From: an uncultured Gammaproteobacteria bacterium
GTDB lineage: Bacteria; Pseudomonadota; Gammaproteobacteria; Steroidobacterales; Rariloculaceae
Reading direction: 5' to 3'
Assembly (NCBI GenBank): GCA_963782445.1
Contig: CAWAJM010000001.1
Coordinates: forward strand, 2,854,179 to 2,918,178
Length of the DNA stretch: 64,000 nt
The notes under the pieces were generated by a model, which was not told the origin of the DNA, did not search any database, and worked only from the letters and a program-made list of their open reading frames with translations. The first letter of the stretch is position 1; every line of letters begins with the position of its first letter. A program made the position numbers and the translations under genes. Positions 1 to 10,047 of the stretch are shown one piece after another.

Positions 1-286
1 TCTGCGCGTGGGCGTTGAGCGCGTCGTTGCCGAAGTCGATGGAGTTCATCTCCATCGTGACGTTGACAGTGCCGGTTTGCGCTGCCTTGTCGAGCGTGAC
101 CGTGCCGTGGTTGTTGCGGATCATGCCGCGCCACTTCGACAGGCCGCCCATGTGGTCGGCTTCGAACGATGGATGCGTGTGATTCGGGTCGAGCTTGTAC
201 GTAGTCGGCGCCGCGAACGCAGCCGTGCAGAGCAGACTCGTGGCGGCCGCCAATGCGAGCGGCCGAATGATTACAACGGGATTCAC
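1..286 (-). CDS. YceI-family periplasmic protein; 3' part lies beyond the window edge
   Basis: Absent from the ORF track because it runs off the left edge. My reverse-strand translation starts at GTG 286, with GAGGAG upstream. It reads VNPVVIIRPLALAAATSLLCTAAFAAPTTYKLDPNHTHPSFEADHMGGLSKWRGMIRNNHGTVTLDKAAQTGTVNVTMEMNSIDFGNDALNAH, which is a signal peptide followed by a typical YceI-domain opening. Confidence 0.6.
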   Translation of the reverse strand, partial: MNPVVIIRPLALAAATSLLCTAAFAAPTTYKLDPNHTHPSFEADHMGGLSKWRGMIRNNHGTVTLDKAAQTGTVNVTMEMNSIDFGNDALNAHAQ

Positions 287-349
287 TGCTTTCTTCTCCT
301 CGATCGTGATGTTAGCCGGCCGTTCCCCCGGCCGCGGCAAAGGGCAAGC

Positions 350-2779
350 TTACCTATGCCGGGATTGTGCGTCGAGGCGCGTGCGTGGGTAAGCCCCGCC
401 GAGCAGGGCGAGCAGGCTCAGCAACCCGGCTCCGCCGCCGCCCCCGCCGCCGGCCGGGGCCTTAGCCTCGACATGCACGGTGCGGGAGACGGGCGCCGCG
501 GCGTTGCCCGCGCTGTCGACGGCGTTGTAGGTCACGGTATAGGTGCCGATGAGCTGCGTGTCGACGCTGCCGTCCGCGGTCGGGGTCAGCTTGCCGTCGA
601 CGTTGTCGGTCGCGACGGCTCCGGGATCGTGGTACGGCTCGTCGACCTGGACCGTCATGTCGGCCGGCCCGACGAGCGAGATGACGGGCGGGCTCGTGTC
701 GCCGAGCCCGAAATGTCCCTGGCCGTCGTTGAAGAACACAGCCGTGCCGTGTTTGCCTGTGACGACGAGGTCGGGCGCCTTGCCGGCGCCGAGGTGCGCG
801 AAGGCGGCGCCCGCGGGGTCGGGACTCGTGAACAGGCTCGGATCGAGCGCGAAGGCGCCCGTGCCATCCCCTTTGAAGACCTCGTCGACGCCGGTCGCGC
901 CGATCGTCACGATGTCCGCGGCCCCGTCGCCGTTCACGTCGCCCGCGAGCACGGCGACGGTTGGGGCCGCGCCGAGCGCGGCGCCCTGCGAGAAGCCGCC
1001 GTGGCCGTCCCCGAGCCACACGAGGTCCGAGGGCACGCCGTCGGCGGTGCCCGGCGCCGTGCGCGCGAAGACGAGATCCGGGAAGCCGTCGCCGTTGAAG
1101 TCCGCGCTCGCGACGGCCGTCGTCGGCCCCGTGACCAGGGCGGCCGCGGGCGCGAAGGCGCCGCCGCCGCGATTCAAGTAGAGCTGCGCGGCGCCGTCCG
1201 CGTTCGCGAAGACGAGGTCCAGGCGGCCGTCGCCGTCGGCGTCGAGCAGCGCGACGCCGCGGCTGTCGAGCGCCGGCCCGTCGAGCGCCGGAGCGGCTGC
1301 GAAACCCGTGCCGCCCCGGTTCAGCAGAACTTCGTTCGCGCCGCGATTCGCGAACACGAGGTCCGCGAACCCGTCACCGTCGAAGTCGCCGGCCGCGACG
1401 GCCTGACCGCCGCCCCCGGGCAGCACGGGACCGGGCTGCATGGCGCCGTTACCGGCGTTCGTGAAAGCCGCATTCGTTCCGGCGGCACCCCCCGCAAGCG
1501 CGATATCGAGGTCGCCGTCGTTGTCGAGATCGGCCAGCGTGAGGCCGCGGCCGCCGGCGTCGAGGGAGAGCGGCACCGCCGAAAGTCCCCGCCGGTCGGC
1601 GGCCGGCGCGAGGGCCGACGCGATCTCGGCCGGGCCCGCGACGTCGAGGCGCAGCTCGGTCGGCGAGCCCGCGCCCGTCGCAATGGCCGCGTCCGCGAAG
1701 CCGTCCCCGTCGAGGTCGCCGGCCGCCACGGCCTGGCCCGCGGTGCCCCCGAGCGCTTGGGCCGGCACGCTCGAGACGGCGCCGCCGACCCCGAGGCTCG
1801 CCGCGGCCGCGGCGTCGGCGGCGTTCGCATCGAGCGGCCCGTCCGCCGCCGCGGCGACACGCGCCGCGACGTAGACGTTGCCGGGCTCGCCCGCGGTCGC
1901 CTTCAGCGTCACCGCAACGGACTGACCGGCGGCCAGCGGCCCGAGCGTGCAGTCGAAATGCCGGGCATCCGTGGACGGCGTGCAGTCGCCCGCGTCGACC
2001 TGCATCGCCTGGCCGCGGAAGTCGACGCCGAGCACGGCCGAGTTCGCGGCGTCGGGGCCGGCATTGGCGAGCGTGAACGTCCAGGTCACGGCGGCGCCCG
2101 TCAGGGCCGGATTGGGCGCGGCCTCGATCTTTTCGATAGAGAGATCGGCGCGCGCGAGGGCCCGGACCGTCAGCGTGAAGCGGTCGCTGACGCGCCCGCC
2201 GCGACCGTCGTCGGCCGTGATCGTCACCGCATAGGGCGAGCCCGCGGCGTCGCTTTGCGAAGGCGTCGCCGCGAGCCGGCCGGCCGCGAGCGACCAGCCG
2301 GGCGGCAGCCCCGCGGCCGTGAACGTCAGCGCGTCGCCGTCCGGGTCGCTGAACGCGGCGCTCACGTCCAGCGCGAACGGCGCGCCCTCGACAGCCGTCT
2401 GGTCGGCCAGCCCCGGGGCGACGACCACGGGCGGGGCATTCGGCACGATGGTGATATCGAAACTCTGATCCTGATAGCAGAACAGGAAGAAGAAGCGGCA
2501 GGTCGAATCCTGCTCGAGCAGCTCGACGTGCCCGTCCGTATCGCCGGGCCCCGGGGTGCCGCTGAGGCGCGCCGTGCCGTCCCCCGTCGGGGTCAGCGTC
2601 AACCAGGGCGGCAGACCGTTGGGCGCCGTGATGTCGACGCGCCCGCGCCCGCTCGCCCGCACGTCATAGACGTACGGCCGGCCCACGTACGCGGTCGTGA
2701 CCGGCGCGCTGTCGAAGCCCGCAAATGCCCGCGGCGCCGCAAGCGCCAGCGCCAGGACCGTCCAGTGGAAGCGCCCCAT
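350..2779 (-). CDS. Large secreted FG-GAP/VCBS-repeat surface protein with cadherin-like, DUF11-like and Ig-like (DUF5011/HYR-like) domains and a GlyGly-CTERM-like tail
   Basis: Part of ORF 350..3070. I place the start at ATG 2779 (MGRFHWTVLALALAAPRAFAG, a signal peptide). It has repeated xDxDGDGxxDLV motifs (AAGDLDGDGFADAAIA, LADLDNDGDLDIALA, AAGDFDGDGFADLVFAN, LLDADGDGRLDLVFAN, SADFNGDGFPDLVFA, LAGDVNGDGAADIVT). A dystroglycan/cadherin-like block is present (FSDPDGDALTFTAAGLPPGWSL). The C-terminus is GGGGGGGAGLLSLLALLGGAYPRTR. Confidence 0.75.
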   Translation of the reverse strand: MGRFHWTVLALALAAPRAFAGFDSAPVTTAYVGRPYVYDVRASGRGRVDITAPNGLPPWLTLTPTGDGTARLSGTPGPGDTDGHVELLEQDSTCRFFFLFCYQDQSFDITIVPNAPPVVVAPGLADQTAVEGAPFALDVSAAFSDPDGDALTFTAAGLPPGWSLAAGRLAATPSQSDAAGSPYAVTITADDGRGGRVSDRFTLTVRALARADLSIEKIEAAPNPALTGAAVTWTFTLANAGPDAANSAVLGVDFRGQAMQVDAGDCTPSTDARHFDCTLGPLAAGQSVAVTLKATAGEPGNVYVAARVAAAADGPLDANAADAAAAASLGVGGAVSSVPAQALGGTAGQAVAAGDLDGDGFADAAIATGAGSPTELRLDVAGPAEIASALAPAADRRGLSAVPLSLDAGGRGLTLADLDNDGDLDIALAGGAAGTNAAFTNAGNGAMQPGPVLPGGGGQAVAAGDFDGDGFADLVFANRGANEVLLNRGGTGFAAAPALDGPALDSRGVALLDADGDGRLDLVFANADGAAQLYLNRGGGAFAPAAALVTGPTTAVASADFNGDGFPDLVFARTAPGTADGVPSDLVWLGDGHGGFSQGAALGAAPTVAVLAGDVNGDGAADIVTIGATGVDEVFKGDGTGAFALDPSLFTSPDPAGAAFAHLGAGKAPDLVVTGKHGTAVFFNDGQGHFGLGDTSPPVISLVGPADMTVQVDEPYHDPGAVATDNVDGKLTPTADGSVDTQLIGTYTVTYNAVDSAGNAAAPVSRTVHVEAKAPAGGGGGGGAGLLSLLALLGGAYPRTRLDAQSRHR

Positions 2780-2909
2780 CTCGTCATTGTTCTCGATGCC
2801 GCAAGCACCGCTGCAAGGAGCGTGCCACGCGAGCACGCGACCCCGCCTGGACAGGCCCTGCCGCAGACTCGAAACTGGCTCGGACTCAAAGTCGACCGGA
2901 GCCCGACCG

Positions 2910-3689
2910 ATGCGAAGACGCGCTTCCCCCTTCCTGCTCGCAGCGCTTGCGCTGACCGCCCTGACCGCCGCGGCGGCCCGCGCCGACACGGCCTCCGTCG
3001 CCGTCGCCGCCAACTTCAGCGCGACGCTCGATGCGCTCGCCGCGAAGTTCGAGCAGGTCGCGCGGCACAAACTGCGGATCTCCGCGGGCTCGACGGGTCA
3101 GCTCTATGCGCAGATCACGAAAGGCGCGCCCTTCAACGTCTTCCTCGCCGCCGACGAGCGCCGCCCGAAGCTCCTGGCGCGGGAGGAACTCGGCGATACG
3201 CGCACGCGCTTCACGTATGCCGTCGGCCGGCTCGTGCTCTGGACGAATCAGGTGGACAAGTACCCGAAGCTCGATCTCGCCGTGCTGCGCACCGACCGCT
3301 TCCGCTGGCTCGCCATCGCGAACCCGAAGCTCGCGCCCTACGGGGCGGCGGCGCAGCAGACGCTGCAACGTCTCGGCCTCTGGAAATCGCTCGCGAAGCG
3401 AATCGTGCAGGGGCAAAACATTACGCAGGCATTCGCGATGACCGAGAGCCGCAGCGCCGACCTCGGCCTCGTCGCGCTCTCGCAGGCCGTGAACTACACG
3501 GACAAGGCAACCTATGTCGAAGTGCCGGCGGACATGTATGCGCCGATCCGTCAGGACGCGATCCTGCTCGAGCACGGCCGCGGCAATCGCGCCGCCGTCG
3601 CCTTCCTGAAGTTTCTGGCCGGCCCGGATGCCAGGGCCATCATCGAGAAGTTCGGTTACGAGGTGCCGGCGACGGAGCCGCCGCCCTGA
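2910..3689 (+). CDS. modA: Molybdate ABC transporter periplasmic substrate-binding protein
   Basis: Part of ORF 2697..3689. The start is ATG 2910 (MRRRASPFLLAALALTALTAAAARA, a signal peptide). ModA-like blocks include VAVAANFSATLDALAAKFE, ISAGSTGQLYAQITKGAPFNVFLAAD, RWLAIANPKLAPYGAAAQQTL and ADLGLVALSQ. No modB or modC is adjacent. Confidence 0.8.
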   Translation: MRRRASPFLLAALALTALTAAAARADTASVAVAANFSATLDALAAKFEQVARHKLRISAGSTGQLYAQITKGAPFNVFLAADERRPKLLAREELGDTRTRFTYAVGRLVLWTNQVDKYPKLDLAVLRTDRFRWLAIANPKLAPYGAAAQQTLQRLGLWKSLAKRIVQGQNITQAFAMTESRSADLGLVALSQAVNYTDKATYVEVPADMYAPIRQDAILLEHGRGNRAAVAFLKFLAGPDARAIIEKFGYEVPATEPPP

Positions 3690-3757
3690 GGTGGGGCCGC
3701 CGAAGGCGGGCCGCGTCGCAATGACGCGGCCGCCCACGACGTATCGTCGACTAAGTC

Positions 3758-4039
3758 TTATTGGCTGCTCTGACCCTGCGGCAGGCCGCCCTGGGCGCCC
3801 TGCGAGCCGCTGCTCTGGCCCTGTCCGGTCGCGGCGTCGTACTCCTGACGACTCAGGTGACCGTCGTTGTTCGTGTCGGCCTGGGAGAAATCCAGACCTT
3901 CGACCTTCGCCGCCTCGGCACGGCTGATCATGCCGTCGTTGTTCGTGTCGACCTGTTCGAACGGAGGCGCGGAGCTCTGCTGCGCAAACGCGATCGCCGA
4001 AAACCCAAGCGCCAAGAGCGTGACCATTACTCGTTTCAT
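3758..4039 (-). CDS. Small secreted EF-hand calcium-binding protein
   Basis: Part of ORF 3758..4177. The start is ATG 4039 with GGGAGAAAAG upstream. The signal peptide is MKRVMVTLLALGFSAIAFA/QQ. It has two canonical EF-hand loops, DTNNDGMISRAE and DTNNDGHLSRQE, and a Gly/Gln/Ser-rich tail. Confidence 0.75.
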   Translation of the reverse strand: MKRVMVTLLALGFSAIAFAQQSSAPPFEQVDTNNDGMISRAEAAKVEGLDFSQADTNNDGHLSRQEYDAATGQGQSSGSQGAQGGLPQGQSSQ

Positions 4040-4109
4040 CTGTCTTTTCTCCCGTGAGTGGTTGTCAGACTGACCGGGAAGCACTCCGGCTTCCGCGGCC
4101 AGAGCGAAT

Positions 4110-4125
4110 TGCAAGTCGTATGCCA
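4110..4125 (-). promoter_or_regulatory. Sigma54 (-24/-12) promoter for the EF-hand gene 3758..4039
   Basis: The minus strand reads TGGCATACGACTTGCA, against the consensus TGGCAC-N5-TTGCA. The GG and GC elements have exact spacing. It lies about 70 nt upstream of ATG 4039. Confidence 0.6.
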
Positions 4126-4430
4126 CGCGCCGAACGCGAGCAATGACACGCGTTGCGCCTGCAACGACTCGATTCACGTCGTAATTGTGTTACCGCTGCC
4201 CGACAGTTCCGCGCCGCCGCAAACCGGCCGCGAGGCCAAGTTCAGATGGCGCGGGGCCGAACGTCGAAATCGAGCCTGCCGCCGATCGGCAACACCTGCC
4301 GCGAAAACGCCGGCAGCGAGCCTGCGCATGGAGGCGACGGCGCGAGGCCGCCGCTCGCAGAGGTCCAGCTACGGTGCGCATTTTCAATGTCTTAACAGGT
4401 ATACGTTCCTGCATCCGGTATGACTACGGC

Positions 4431-4446
4431 TGGCACGCGGTTTGCA
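4431..4446 (+). promoter_or_regulatory. Sigma54 (-24/-12) promoter for the EF-hand lipoprotein gene, and possibly the downstream kinase operon
   Basis: The plus strand reads TGGCACGCGGTTTGCA, a full match to TGGCACG-N4-TTGCW. ATG 4500 lies 54 nt downstream. An AT-rich IHF-like site, TTTCAATGTCTTA, sits at 4382..4394 just upstream. Confidence 0.7.
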
Positions 4447-4499
4447 GTCGTTGCAAATGCGAAATTGGGCTGCGCAAAACTTGCGGACGGGGACGATCG

Positions 4500-4733
4500 A
4501 TGTTGGGGAAGGCGGCGCTGTTCGGCTTGTCCGTGCTTTTGGGGGGCTGCTCCCGAGAGCCTGCCGCCTCGTTCGACCAGCTGGATCGAAACCATGATGG
4601 CCGCATTTCCCGGCAGGAAGCCGCAGCGGATCCGGGTCTGGTCCGGCAGTTCGCGAAGCTCGATGCGGACGGCGACGGCGAAGTGACACCCTTCGAGTAC
4701 CTGCAGTACCTACAGGCCGCCAACCGGCTCTAG
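4500..4733 (+). CDS. Small EF-hand calcium-binding lipoprotein
   Basis: Part of ORF 4185..4733. The start is ATG 4500. MLGKAALFGLSVLLGGC carries an LLGGC lipobox. It has two EF-hand loops, DRNHDGRISRQE and DADGDGEVTPFE. Confidence 0.7.
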   Translation: MLGKAALFGLSVLLGGCSREPAASFDQLDRNHDGRISRQEAAADPGLVRQFAKLDADGDGEVTPFEYLQYLQAANRL

Positions 4734-4896
4734 GAGCGCACACGGTCGGCGGCCGAACACGAGTTGGCTCGGAATGACGCGGTTTCTATCTCGAGCACCG
4801 GCGGTCGGAGACCTCCCCCGCCGGTTTTTTTATAGAATCTCCGGCACGTGCCGCGTGCCGCAGGTGTCCCTGCGCCGGCCCGTCTGGAGCGTCTTA

Positions 4897-6348
4897 GTGT
4901 ACCGTCCGCGCTCGATCGTCAGACTGATCCTGATCGGCTTCGCCGTCGTCATGGCGCCGCTCATCGCCGCCGTGATCACGGCCGTGATTCAAGTCGACAG
5001 TCTCGCGCAGGACAGCCGCGCCGCGCTCATAGAAGGCGAGATCGGCATCCAGCAGAGCCGCTCGCTCGTCGAGCAGCTCATCGAGATGCAGCGAGCGCTG
5101 ACGCAGTTTCAAGTGCTCAAGGACGCGGACTTCCACGAGAATTATCTCGAGCGCCGGCGCGTGTTCCTCAACGCCGTCGAGAACCTCTCCGAGCTCAAGC
5201 TCACGAAGCTCGGCCGGCAACAGTTGGAGAGCCTGAAGAACGAGGAGCGCGCGCTCTTCGAGAAGCTGCACACCCCGTCGGGGCAGCCCGCCGCCACGCT
5301 CGCGAAAGACAACAAACCTGCCGTTTGGGCGGATCTCACGAACAAGGCCCGCACGGTGCTCTCCGAGAGCAGCCGGCTCATCGAGAGCGAGGTGGACGCG
5401 ACGACGGCCCGCGCGGGAATCATGCAGCGCACGCTGCTGCTGCAGGCGGCGGCCGTGATCCCGGCGGCCATCGTCCTCGCGGCGCTCGCCGTCGGGCTCA
5501 TCGTGCGCCCGCTGCGGGAGGTGGACCAGGCCATCCGGCGGCTCGGTGCGCGCGAGTTCGCGGCCCCGATCGAAGTCCACGGCCCGCGCGACCTCGAGGC
5601 GCTGGGCCGCCAGCTCGACTGGCTGCGCCTGCGCATTCAGGAGCTCGAGCGGCAGAAGATCAACTTCTTGAGGCATATCTCCCACGAGCTCAAGACGCCC
5701 CTCACGACGATCCGCGAGGGCTCGGAGCTGCTGGCGGAAAGCCTCGAAACCGGCTCCCCGGAGGAGGCGGAGATTTCGAGAATCATCTGCTCCAACAGTC
5801 TGCACCTGCAGAAGCTCATCGAGGACCTGCTGCAGTTCGGCAAGACGGCCGAGCTCGTCTCGGACCTCCGCATCCTCGATTCCGTCGACCTGCAGGCCGT
5901 CGTGCGCCAGGTCGTGGCGACCCAGGCCCTGGCTTCGGCCTCCAAGGTCCTGAGGATCGAGGAAGACCTCGCGCCCGTACGGATTCGCGGCGACGAGAAT
6001 AAGCTTAGAATAGTCGCCGACAACCTGCTGACGAATGCCGTCAAATACACGCCCGCCGGCGGACGGGTAGCGGTTACACTGGCGGCGCACGACGGCTATG
6101 CATTCGTCGACGTGCGCGATACGGGGCCAGGCGTAGCGGAGTCGGAAAAGCAAAAGATCTTCGAACCTTTCCAGCAAGGCCAGGCGGAATACCAATCGAG
6201 CGTCAAAGGAACCGGCCTCGGTCTGGCGATTGCCAGGGAATACGTGGAGGCCCACGATGGGTACATTGAGGTCGTCGATTCAAGCGAAGGCGCCCACTTC
6301 CGCGCCGCCTTCCCGATTGCTGGGCCGAAGCGGTTCGCGGCGGCTTAA
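4897..6348 (+). CDS. Membrane sensor histidine kinase (HAMP-HisKA-HATPase), GlrK/QseE-like by synteny
   Basis: ORF 4774..6348. The likely start is GTG 4897, with GGAG 7 nt upstream, but ATG 4774 is possible. It has TM segments (IVRLILIGFAVVMAPLIAAV and LLLQAAAVIPAAIVLAALAVGLIV), an H-box FLRHISHELKTPLT, an N-box LLTNAVKYTP, and G-boxes DTGPGV and GTGLGLAI. Confidence 0.75.
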   Translation: MYRPRSIVRLILIGFAVVMAPLIAAVITAVIQVDSLAQDSRAALIEGEIGIQQSRSLVEQLIEMQRALTQFQVLKDADFHENYLERRRVFLNAVENLSELKLTKLGRQQLESLKNEERALFEKLHTPSGQPAATLAKDNKPAVWADLTNKARTVLSESSRLIESEVDATTARAGIMQRTLLLQAAAVIPAAIVLAALAVGLIVRPLREVDQAIRRLGAREFAAPIEVHGPRDLEALGRQLDWLRLRIQELERQKINFLRHISHELKTPLTTIREGSELLAESLETGSPEEAEISRIICSNSLHLQKLIEDLLQFGKTAELVSDLRILDSVDLQAVVRQVVATQALASASKVLRIEEDLAPVRIRGDENKLRIVADNLLTNAVKYTPAGGRVAVTLAAHDGYAFVDVRDTGPGVAESEKQKIFEPFQQGQAEYQSSVKGTGLGLAIAREYVEAHDGYIEVVDSSEGAHFRAAFPIAGPKRFAAA

Positions 6349-6934
6349 GCCTTGGCTCGTGCTCGTCCTGACCTGCGCCGCCAGCGCCTGCCAGACGGCT
6401 CAACTTCCCGCCGCGGCGACGGCCGCTGCCGCCGCCGCCCCCGTGCCCTCCGACGACGTGCTGGCCGAGCTCTCGAGGTACGGCAATAAGGTGCGCGAGC
6501 TCGGCGGCAAGCAGCTCGAGCAGCAGTATCGGCAGCTCGCCCTCGCGAACGATTCGATGCTCTCGAGCGAGTCCGCGATCAAGCTGTCGCTGCTGCTGAG
6601 CGCCCCGAACTCGGCCTTTCAGGACATCGACCAGGCGACGCGCTTCCTGCGCAACGTCGTGTACCGGGAAGCCGGCCAGGAGCCCAAGATCGCCGAGTTT
6701 GCCCGCCTGCTCTACAATCTGCTGCGCGAGCGCGTCTACAGCGATTCCGACGGCGATGCCACGCTCGCTCTGCTCGCCAAGGAGCGCGACCGCAACGAGC
6801 AGCTGAACCGCCAGCTCACGAAGGTCAAAAGCGCCCTCGCGCTGGAGCGCAAGCAGCGCGAGACGCTCGAAGGCCAGCTCGATGCGCTGAAGAAACTCGA
6901 AGAGCAGCTCTCGCGCGAAGACCTGGGACAGTAA
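6317..6934 (+). CDS. Coiled-coil lipoprotein between kinase and regulator (QseG/YfhG-like position)
   Basis: ORF 6230..6934. The start is uncertain: TTG 6317 or ATG 6257, both overlapping the kinase 3' end. The signal-like segment is RRLKPWLVLVLTCAASAC. The C-terminal part is a heptad-rich coiled coil (ERDRNEQLNRQLTKVKSALALERKQRETLEGQLDALKKLEEQL). The call rests mainly on its position between a GlrK-like and a GlrR-like gene. Confidence 0.45.
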   Translation: MLGRSGSRRLKPWLVLVLTCAASACQTAQLPAAATAAAAAAPVPSDDVLAELSRYGNKVRELGGKQLEQQYRQLALANDSMLSSESAIKLSLLLSAPNSAFQDIDQATRFLRNVVYREAGQEPKIAEFARLLYNLLRERVYSDSDGDATLALLAKERDRNEQLNRQLTKVKSALALERKQRETLEGQLDALKKLEEQLSREDLGQ

Positions 6935-6943
6935 CACCGGCTT

Positions 6944-8332
<1,389 letters not shown>

Positions 8333-8399
8333 GCCGCGGCGCTTCAAATAGCCGCCGCGCTGGGTTCTAATACCCCGTCCGGGGAGGGGAGGACCCAGT

Positions 8400-10034
8400 A
8401 TGTGGCAGCAGCCTTATTTGCCGATAGCGAATAGCCTTGGGTGGTCGGCGCTTGCCGCCGCCGTGCCGATTCTCGTGCTGCTGCTGCTGATCGGTGTGCT
8501 GCGCCGGCCGGCCTGGGTCGCGGCGCTGGCGGGCCTCGCCACCGCGCTCGTCGTCGCGATCGGCGTCTACGGCATGCCGGTCAAGCTCGCCCTGAGCTCG
8601 ACGGCCATGGGCGCCGCCTTCGGCCTGTTTCCGATAGGCTGGATCGTCTACTGGGCCATCGTGCTGTACCGCCTCACGCTCGAGACGGGCAACTTCGAGA
8701 TCATCAAGGACTCGATAGGCGGGCTCACGTCCGACCGGCGGCTCCAGGCCATGCTCATCGCCTTCGCGCTCGGCGCCTTCATCGAGGGAGCCGCGGGCTT
8801 CGGCACCCCGGTCGCCGTGGCCGCGGCCATGCTCACGGGGCTCGGCTTCTCACCGTTCTTCGCGGCCGGCATCTGCCTGCTCGCCAACACGGCGCCCGTC
8901 GCGTTCGGCTCGATCGGCATCCCGGTCATTACGCTGGCCGGCACGACGGCCGGGCTGCACGGGGTCGCCGTGGGCCCGTGGACGGCGGAGCTCAGCAGCT
9001 GGGTCGGCCGGCTCTGCGCGCCCGTGTCTTTGTTCATACCGGCCTACCTCATGATGGTCATGGGCGGTTTCAAAGGCCTCAAGGCCGTGCTGCCCGCGGC
9101 CGCGGTCTGCGGGGTCGCGTTCGCGTCCGTGCAGTTCCTGATGTCGAACTTCGTGGGGCCGGAGCTCGTCGACATCGTGGCCTCGATCGTCGCGATCCTA
9201 GCGCTCATCGCGCTGCTCAAGGTCTGGCAGCCCGCCGAGGGCTTTCACATGGCCGGCGAGCATACCGCCGAGATCGAGCTCAAAACCCACGGCGTGGGCC
9301 GCACCGTGCTCGCCTGGTCGCCCTATCTGTTCCTCGTCGCATTCGTGCTCGTCTGGGGGACCTCGGGCGGCAAGCACGCGCTCGATGCGGTGACGGCCTC
9401 CGTGCGCTGGCCGGGCCTCGACAACCTCGTGCTGCGGGGCGCGCCCGTCGTCGCGACGCCGACGCCGTACGCGGCCAGTTACACGCTGAACTGGCTCTCG
9501 GCCGCGGGCACGGCCTGCGCCTTCGCGAGCATGGCGGCCGCGCTCGTGCTGCGCGTCTCGCTGGGACGCTATGTGCTCCTGCTCGGCTCCGTAGCCCGGC
9601 AGCTCGCGTTCCCGATGCTCACGATCGCCGCGGTCGTCGGCCTCGCCTATCTCATGAACTACTCGGGTGCGACGGTCACGCTCGGCCTCGCGTTCGCGGG
9701 CACGGGCGCGCTGTTTCCGTTCTTCAGCTCGTTGCTGGGGTGGCTCGGCGTGTTCCTGACCGGCAGCGATACGTCGTCGAACGCGCTGTTCGGCAACCTG
9801 CAGGTCGTGACGGCGACGAGCCTGCACCTCAATCCGGCGATCCTGGCCGCAGCGAACTCGGCCGGCGGCGTCATGGGCAAGATGATCAGCCTGCAGAGCC
9901 TCGCGGTCGCCGTCGCCGCCACGGGCATGAGCCGCAGCGAGGAAGGCAAGCTCTTCCGCTTCACATTCAAGCACAGCATCCTGCTCGCGGCCGTCGTCGG
10001 TGCGCTGACGGCGCTGTACGCCTACGCGATCTGA
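8400..10034 (+). CDS. lldP: L-lactate/glycolate permease (LctP family)
   Basis: ATG 8400 follows GGGGAGGGGAGG. The protein is 544 aa and polytopic. Family blocks include GLFPIGWIVYWAIVLYRLTLETGNFEIIKDSI, LIAFALGAFIEGAAGFGTPVAVAAAML, ANTAPVAFGSIGIPV and FLTGSDTSSNALFGNLQ. Confidence 0.85.
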   Translation: MWQQPYLPIANSLGWSALAAAVPILVLLLLIGVLRRPAWVAALAGLATALVVAIGVYGMPVKLALSSTAMGAAFGLFPIGWIVYWAIVLYRLTLETGNFEIIKDSIGGLTSDRRLQAMLIAFALGAFIEGAAGFGTPVAVAAAMLTGLGFSPFFAAGICLLANTAPVAFGSIGIPVITLAGTTAGLHGVAVGPWTAELSSWVGRLCAPVSLFIPAYLMMVMGGFKGLKAVLPAAAVCGVAFASVQFLMSNFVGPELVDIVASIVAILALIALLKVWQPAEGFHMAGEHTAEIELKTHGVGRTVLAWSPYLFLVAFVLVWGTSGGKHALDAVTASVRWPGLDNLVLRGAPVVATPTPYAASYTLNWLSAAGTACAFASMAAALVLRVSLGRYVLLLGSVARQLAFPMLTIAAVVGLAYLMNYSGATVTLGLAFAGTGALFPFFSSLLGWLGVFLTGSDTSSNALFGNLQVVTATSLHLNPAILAAANSAGGVMGKMISLQSLAVAVAATGMSRSEEGKLFRFTFKHSILLAAVVGALTALYAYAI

Positions 10035-10047
10035 CCGGCCTGCGCCC

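Noticed and set aside
2780-2909. Possible Moco riboswitch upstream of modA
   Set aside because: I looked for the conserved Moco-RNA elements and found only a generic GC hairpin (GGCTCGG...CCGGAGCC). The similarity I can verify by eye is insufficient; a CM search would be needed.
8-3724. A 1238-aa ORF spanning the first 3.7 kb
   Set aside because: The translation is Arg/Ala/Gly/Asp low-complexity with no recognisable domain. The ORF is antisense or out of frame to well-supported genes (YceI, the FG-GAP protein, modA). This is a typical stop-codon-poor artefact of very GC-rich DNA.
8333-8399. Possible sigma54 promoter upstream of the lactate permease, as a target of the adjacent GlrR-like activator
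   Set aside because: No GG-N10-GC arrangement resembling TGGCAC-N5-TTGCA is present. The nearest candidate, CTGGGTTCTAATACC, has the wrong -12 element.
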